From: Promethearchaeota archaeon
Lineage (GTDB): Archaea; Asgardarchaeota; Lokiarchaeia; Sigyniarchaeales; SOKP01
Reading direction: 5' to 3'
Assembly (NCBI GenBank): GCA_048941015.1
Contig: JBHLNZ010000037.1
Span: 1 to 31,134 of the forward strand
Length of the DNA stretch: 31,134 nucleotides
Notes under the pieces: model-generated
Told to the model about the DNA's origin: nothing
What the model saw: the letters and a program-made list of their open reading frames with translations, nothing else
Database searches by the model: none
Part shown: piece after piece, positions 26,251-31,134 of the stretch
Layout of the letters: each line of letters begins with the position of its first letter
Numbering within the stretch: the stretch's first letter is position 1
Position numbers and translations under genes: made by a program

Positions 26251-27471
26251 TTAAGATTTCTTTACTCTTTTGCTTATATAGATTGTTAGAATAGATAGAA
26301 TGCCAAATAGAATGAAGAGATTATATCCTGGAATTATTCCACCATCTTGAGCTGAAATTGGACATGTCATTAATGGAAAGTTATCTTGGCTTCCTGCAGA
26401 TCCACTAATATTGTATGGAACATCACCGATTCCATTGCCATCTGCGTCTGAACCGGGATAATCGGCCCAGTAATTTCCCTTAATTCCATTATCCCAATTA
26501 TTGTACGAACCATCATCCTTCGCATTGAATACGTTATCAAAACAATTTAGATATATATTGTTAAAGAAAGATGAACCCAAACTTATCCCAGCATTGATTG
26601 TATCCCCATTTTGAGTAACAATGTTTTCTGTAAAATTGTTATAATCGCTACCAGATACGGTTATTCCCCATCTGATGTTATTTTCCACAATGTTTCCAGA
26701 AATTATGTTATTATCAGCTATAAGAATAGCAATCCCAGCATTATTATTATTATTTACAATGTTTTCAGAGACCACATTATTATCAGAATCATCTATTGAT
26801 ATCCCATAGAAGCCGTTATCACATCTGTTTCCCATAATGGTATTATTATAAGAATCCCTTACCAAGAGCGTATATTCATTATGATCATTATTAATAACGG
26901 TGTTTCCTGATACTATGTTATTATGACTATCACCTAATCCTATTTCCGTAAAATTATTATTTCTTACATTGTTTCTCGAAATTTCATTATAGGTACAATT
27001 CCACAATGTTATCCCATTACCACTATTATTTAAAACTTCATTGTCTTTTAATAATCCATTAGTAACTGAATCTAGCCTAATACCAACACCTGGCCAAACC
27101 CCCGAATTATAAACCTTACAATTCGCTATTTTAAAATATACATTAGAATTTTCAATCCAGATACAACTTCCTGAATGTCCGCCATCTATCTCCAAATCTT
27201 GTATGACGTAGGGGTTGGAGAAAATGCCTTGCCCCGTACAATTTCCCGCTGCTCGAAAGGCAGCCCAACCTGAATTATTGGTGATATGAATTTTTCCCGA
27301 TACCGCTGAGATTTTTAATTTATTATAGTCGAATTCGTCGTTGTTGTTGTTCGAAATTATATCTCGATCTCTATCCATGAATCTTGAAATATTGATAAAA
27401 ATAGGTGAAAAAGTAAAAAGGATTCCTAATGTTATTAAAATTACTGTATTTATTTTTCGATTTGATTTCAT
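26251..27471 (-). CDS. Secreted NosD/CASH beta-helix protein with Loki-CTERM-like anchor (paralog of 24226..25299); true start ATG 27471
   Basis: The MKSNRKI start is identical to the paralog. The ORF-track extension to 27540 is just the shared leader. Confidence 0.9.
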   Translation of the reverse strand: MKSNRKINTVILITLGILFTFSPIFINISRFMDRDRDIISNNNNDEFDYNKLKISAVSGKIHITNNSGWAAFRAAGNCTGQGIFSNPYVIQDLEIDGGHSGSCIWIENSNVYFKIANCKVYNSGVWPGVGIRLDSVTNGLLKDNEVLNNSGNGITLWNCTYNEISRNNVRNNNFTEIGLGDSHNNIVSGNTVINNDHNEYTLLVRDSYNNTIMGNRCDNGFYGISIDDSDNNVVSENIVNNNNNAGIAILIADNNIISGNIVENNIRWGITVSGSDYNNFTENIVTQNGDTINAGISLGSSFFNNIYLNCFDNVFNAKDDGSYNNWDNGIKGNYWADYPGSDADGNGIGDVPYNISGSAGSQDNFPLMTCPISAQDGGIIPGYNLFILFGILSILTIYISKRVKKS

Positions 27472-27532
27472 TTTGAGTTCATCAGAATCTAATTTCGTTA
27501 TATATATAAAAAGATGTTTGTAAAATTTATTT
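27449..27532. repeat. Repeat A copy 2
   Basis: Matches 25277..25360. Confidence 0.9.
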
Positions 27533-27572
27533 GAATCCACACTAAATTGAACTCTTTTTTTGAAAAAGAACT

Positions 27573-28610
27573 TTAATTAACGGTTGCCCCTTCTTTCTTT
27601 AATAATTCAAATAATACACTTTTTATATTTAAAAATGACAGAGGCTCCCAATTATTCATTTCAGGGTAAATTAAACTAATGAAAAGTTCCGGATCTATTT
27701 TATACACACCTAATACAATATCCATTTTTTCTGAGTCAGATAGGTATTGATAATTCTTAAGTTTCCATAAAGCCTCTAAACTTTTTGAATAACTTTGAAA
27801 AACTTTTTTTTTGTTCTTTTCACTTAATCCCATATCTTGCACCTTTCGAAATCGTTCAATAATTTGATTAACATCCTCCTTTGGAAACAGATGATCATAC
27901 AGTTCATCTATTTGCTCTATTGGTGGTTCAATTGAGATAATATTCGTTGCTTTGGCTAGCATCATTCTTTGTTTGAATGAGGAAGCACCACTCATATCTT
28001 GAATTTCGTCTTTACGTATTAAATAAGCAACTCTGTTACTTGTTTTACCTAAACCGAAGAGATTTTTCTTTTTAAATTGATATCCATAGCATGGTATATC
28101 TTGGTCTAAAGAGTGATCACCAATGCCTTCCTTGCTTTTTGCTCTTTCATATGACCCTGATTTCCAAAAACCCATAGTCCAGAATAAAAATCCCTCTGGT
28201 TTTGCGCCACCTTTTGCCTTAAGTTTGCCTTGTGCGATGACTCTATAATTTGTAACAATAATAGTTCCACCCTTTACAGATACGCGTAAATTACTTCTTA
28301 TATCGTCAATTTGTTTTATGTCTCCTTCAAATTCAGAAAGTATTTGTTCTCCATCATACAAACAAAATTTTTCTACAATGTACTTTGCCATTTCCCTTGT
28401 ATTTATCTTAGGGTAAATCGAATTCATAAAAAACTCAGGATTTAATTTAAAAGTCTCTCCCACAATATTATAAAATTCTGTATCAGAAAGTGGTTGAAAT
28501 TCTTCTTTAGACTTTAAATCATTCAATTGAGATATGATTCGCTTACTAGATGGATTTGCACCGGTTATTTCTTCTTTAATATTATTTATAATTAGATTCA
28601 CACCACTCAT
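27573..28610 (-). CDS. Hypothetical protein with a central PH-like (GRAM/bPH) domain flanked by two helical repeats
   Basis: GEQILSEFEG...GGTIIVTNYRVI; repeat LSDTEFYNIVGETFKLNPEFFMNSIYP vs LSDSEKMDIVLGVYKIDPELFISLIYP. Confidence 0.65.
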   Translation of the reverse strand: MSGVNLIINNIKEEITGANPSSKRIISQLNDLKSKEEFQPLSDTEFYNIVGETFKLNPEFFMNSIYPKINTREMAKYIVEKFCLYDGEQILSEFEGDIKQIDDIRSNLRVSVKGGTIIVTNYRVIAQGKLKAKGGAKPEGFLFWTMGFWKSGSYERAKSKEGIGDHSLDQDIPCYGYQFKKKNLFGLGKTSNRVAYLIRKDEIQDMSGASSFKQRMMLAKATNIISIEPPIEQIDELYDHLFPKEDVNQIIERFRKVQDMGLSEKNKKKVFQSYSKSLEALWKLKNYQYLSDSEKMDIVLGVYKIDPELFISLIYPEMNNWEPLSFLNIKSVLFELLKKEGATVN

Positions 28611-28685
28611 TTTATTTCTCCTTATGATTTCATTCTGATTTCGTCAAATCTTTATTTAGTATTAATAAAAAATTAGATGGATTTA

Positions 28686-28803
28686 TTATTTAAATATTTT
28701 TTACCGTTCAACTAGCAAAAATAAGTTTTTACTGGTAAAAATGTGTTTTTGACTGTGAATTTTTCACTTTATTTTTTAGTTAAAAAAAATAAAAAGAAGT
28801 ATT
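28686..28803. repeat. Repeat B copy 2
   Basis: Matches 25355..25472. Confidence 0.9.
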
Positions 28804-28860
28804 TAAAATTCTCAATGAAGATATTAAAAAACTTGAATAGATATCTCAGACTATATAAAA

Positions 28861-29616
28861 ATGATAACGATGGATCTTTGGAAATATTATGACATAACGC
28901 ACAAGGAGCACCTTGTGTGCAATCCCACAAGCGTCGAGAAGTTAAACGAGCTTATTGATCTTTTGGCGCTAAAGTCTGGCTCGAAAGTATTAGAAATCGC
29001 TACCGGTAAAGGTGAATTTCTGATTCGGCTCGTCGAAAAGTACAATGTATCCGCAATAGGTGTTGATCTCTCGCCGTATCACCTCGGTGACGCTAAAAAG
29101 AAAGCGATAGAGCGCGTTCCGAACGCCGATTTAACACTAATCGAGATGGACGGCGCTAACTACCAGCCTGATACGCCAGAGTGCTTCGACCTCGCGTGTT
29201 GTTTGGGCGCCAGTTGGATTTATGAAGGGCATGAGGGCACGCTTAAATATTTGATGAATCAAACCAAGCGCAACGGGCTCGTTGTGGTGGGAGAACCGTT
29301 TTGGATTGGCAAGCCCCCGAAAGAATATTTCGACCTCTCGGAAGTAAAATACGAGACTTTCAGTACGCATCCTGGGAATGTGCAAATTGGAGAAAAACTC
29401 GGTTTAAAACTACTCTACATATTCGTGAGTAGCTTAGACGAGTGGGATCGGTATATCGGACTCCAATGGCATGCAACGGATAAATATGTCCAAGCACATC
29501 CGAGTGACCCCGACCTTCCCGAGCTATTAGCAAAATTAAATAAGGAGAAAAACTTATATCTAAAGTGGGAGCGGGAAGCGATTGGGTGGGCGATTTACTT
29601 GTTTAGAAAGGCTTAA
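28861..29616 (+). CDS. Class I SAM-dependent methyltransferase (YjhP-like)
   Basis: VLEIATGKGE, GVDLSP, CCLGASW, GEPFW. Visibly more GC-rich than its flanks. Confidence 0.88.
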   Translation: MITMDLWKYYDITHKEHLVCNPTSVEKLNELIDLLALKSGSKVLEIATGKGEFLIRLVEKYNVSAIGVDLSPYHLGDAKKKAIERVPNADLTLIEMDGANYQPDTPECFDLACCLGASWIYEGHEGTLKYLMNQTKRNGLVVVGEPFWIGKPPKEYFDLSEVKYETFSTHPGNVQIGEKLGLKLLYIFVSSLDEWDRYIGLQWHATDKYVQAHPSDPDLPELLAKLNKEKNLYLKWEREAIGWAIYLFRKA

Positions 29617-29690
29617 AAGTATAGATAGATACTTAAAGCCGTGTTACAGAATAATCAATAAGAAATAAAAAATAAAATCCAGAATATGTT

Positions 29691-30494
29691 ATGAAATTAT
29701 ATCTGAAACGAAGTCATTTTAGAGATGAAACCCCATGTTGCGCAAATTCATTATTCGAACGCGGTAAACGCAAAGAGGGAACTGCTCGAGGTGATCATAT
29801 TGAAGTTGATGATTGGGCTTATTTGGATTTTCCAATAAAATGGGTGTATGTAAATGGATTTGAGGCACCAATGGGTCAAATGAATTATCAAGAATTACAT
29901 ATAAAACATCCGAATGACACTCAATGGACTATAATTGATAGCCAGAGAGAATATGAATGTTTCATAGACAATCCCATTCATTATCCTACAAGTCCTTCGG
30001 GAGAAATTTTTGTTGCATATTCAAATATTCGAACTTATGAAGATGAGAACAAAGATTATGATCACTTTCTATGGATTTTTACACATGAAAGGAATCAGTG
30101 GAAATTACTAAAAAAGATTGAAATTGATCACTGGTTTCGGATTATAGATTTTAGTTCCGATAATAAAACATTATTTCTATTTGGCTTTTGGAAGATAATT
30201 GCAGTATCCATGATAGATTATTCCAAAAAAACTATTTTAGAAGAGAAATACGGTTTGGCACATTTTACAAATGCACATTTATCAGTGGATAAGAATTTTC
30301 TACTTTTAATCTTTCTTACAGAAAAGAAGAAACTCAGATATCATCTTATTGAGTTATCGAATTATAAACAGATAATCCTATCTCGAGGAATGAATACCGT
30401 GAAAGACAACATTTTTGATATTCCTGATGAAGTAAAAGTACCACTTGCAGTGGATAATGGCAGTGTATTACTTACCATCTCGAAAAAAATGTGA
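29691..30494 (+). CDS. Hypothetical protein with beta-propeller-like (SPSG/SSDN/SVDK) blades
   Basis: 267-aa ORF with recurring S-x-D/S-G/N/K turn motifs. Confidence 0.55.
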   Translation: MKLYLKRSHFRDETPCCANSLFERGKRKEGTARGDHIEVDDWAYLDFPIKWVYVNGFEAPMGQMNYQELHIKHPNDTQWTIIDSQREYECFIDNPIHYPTSPSGEIFVAYSNIRTYEDENKDYDHFLWIFTHERNQWKLLKKIEIDHWFRIIDFSSDNKTLFLFGFWKIIAVSMIDYSKKTILEEKYGLAHFTNAHLSVDKNFLLLIFLTEKKKLRYHLIELSNYKQIILSRGMNTVKDNIFDIPDEVKVPLAVDNGSVLLTISKKM

Positions 30495-30604
30495 TGTTGC
30501 GGCTTTTTACATGGGGGCAATAACTCAATTAATAGCGGATATGGCAAGTTAGCCTCATATCTTGTATTATAAAGAAGTAACTGGAAGTCTAGAACCTTCA
30601 TATC

Positions 30605-30862
30605 CTAATTTTGAACAAATAAATTATTCGTATAAAATTGTCCAGAAGTTAACTGAACGGTACTTCCTAGCCCTGCTGCGATTGCCGCATCGAATGCTGC
30701 TTGGATATTTGCAGTATCATCACGACCTGATGGAGATATAATAAAAATCGGTGATTCATTATCATCAGCATAAGCTGTTCCAACAATAAGAGTTAAAAAT
30801 CCCATAATCGTTGCCAATGATAAAATTACGATTAGTATATTCGATTTTGTTTTTATTTTCAT
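30605..30862 (-). pseudogene. Truncated secreted beta-helix (pectate-lyase-3-like N-terminus) gene fragment
   Basis: MKIKTK signal peptide after GGGAG; DDTANIQAAFDAA...TVQLTSGQFY, then a stop after only about 85 aa. Confidence 0.65.
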
Positions 30863-31134
30863 TTTTTCTCCCTTATTTGATTCAATTTTTATAAACGAAT
30901 ATTGATTATTTTTGATCATAAAATCAACTAAAAATAATGGATAAAACAAAATCATTGAATTCCCGATCAAAAATAACCGAATAATAATAAAAACAATTTA
31001 ATATTTAACACTTTTGTAAAAATCATTTAATAGGAATAAGATATTCGGTTTATCAGGCATAGTTATAAATCAAATATGCATAAAGTTTTATATAATTATA
31101 TAGATTAGATTTCTTAATAATAAGATTTAGATTT

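Noticed and set aside
27472-27540. N-terminal 23-aa extension of the second NosD ORF
   Set aside because: It is the shared non-coding leader; the same region in copy 1 has an in-frame stop.
25277-28803. CRISPR array or IS/MITE
   Set aside because: Only two copies of each block, with no regular spacers, terminal inverted repeats or transposase.

Overview
AT-rich archaeal window whose gene content points to an Asgard archaeon of the Lokiarchaeia: IPG[YF]-TM-basic 'Loki-CTERM'-like C-termini, a roadblock plus MglA-like GTPase pair, tandem GPH-MFS transporters and NosD beta-helix surface proteins. The taxon is inferred, not checked by search. The left part (about 1-14,015) holds a cluster of divergent DNA-transaction paralogs: RadA with a second, C-terminal HhH domain; FEN1 with a PIP box but one catalytic Glu replaced; an RPA-type OB-fold protein; a stand-alone TopA-type Zn-ribbon protein; and a Whirly/PC4-like protein. 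The cluster also has small membrane proteins (one pilin-like), an MglB/MglA-like switch, a TFB-cyclin-repeat-like protein and small Zn-ribbon proteins. The most striking signal is that ten starts in this cluster are preceded by the same 16-nt element, ATTTTTTN-TTTAWAWA. This is a TATA box with a T6 tract where the purine-rich BRE normally sits, whereas the genes outside the cluster that I examined have ordinary purine-rich BRE-TATA promoters. I propose an undescribed co-regulated DNA-damage/recombination/DNA-exchange regulon, possibly read by an alternative TFB-like factor encoded in the cluster. The right part is ordinary metabolism and transport, followed by an accessory region with a nuclease pseudogene, duplicated NosD genes with shared leader repeats, a GC-richer methyltransferase and a truncated beta-helix gene. 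No rRNA, tRNA, CRISPR array, integrase or transposase was recognised.
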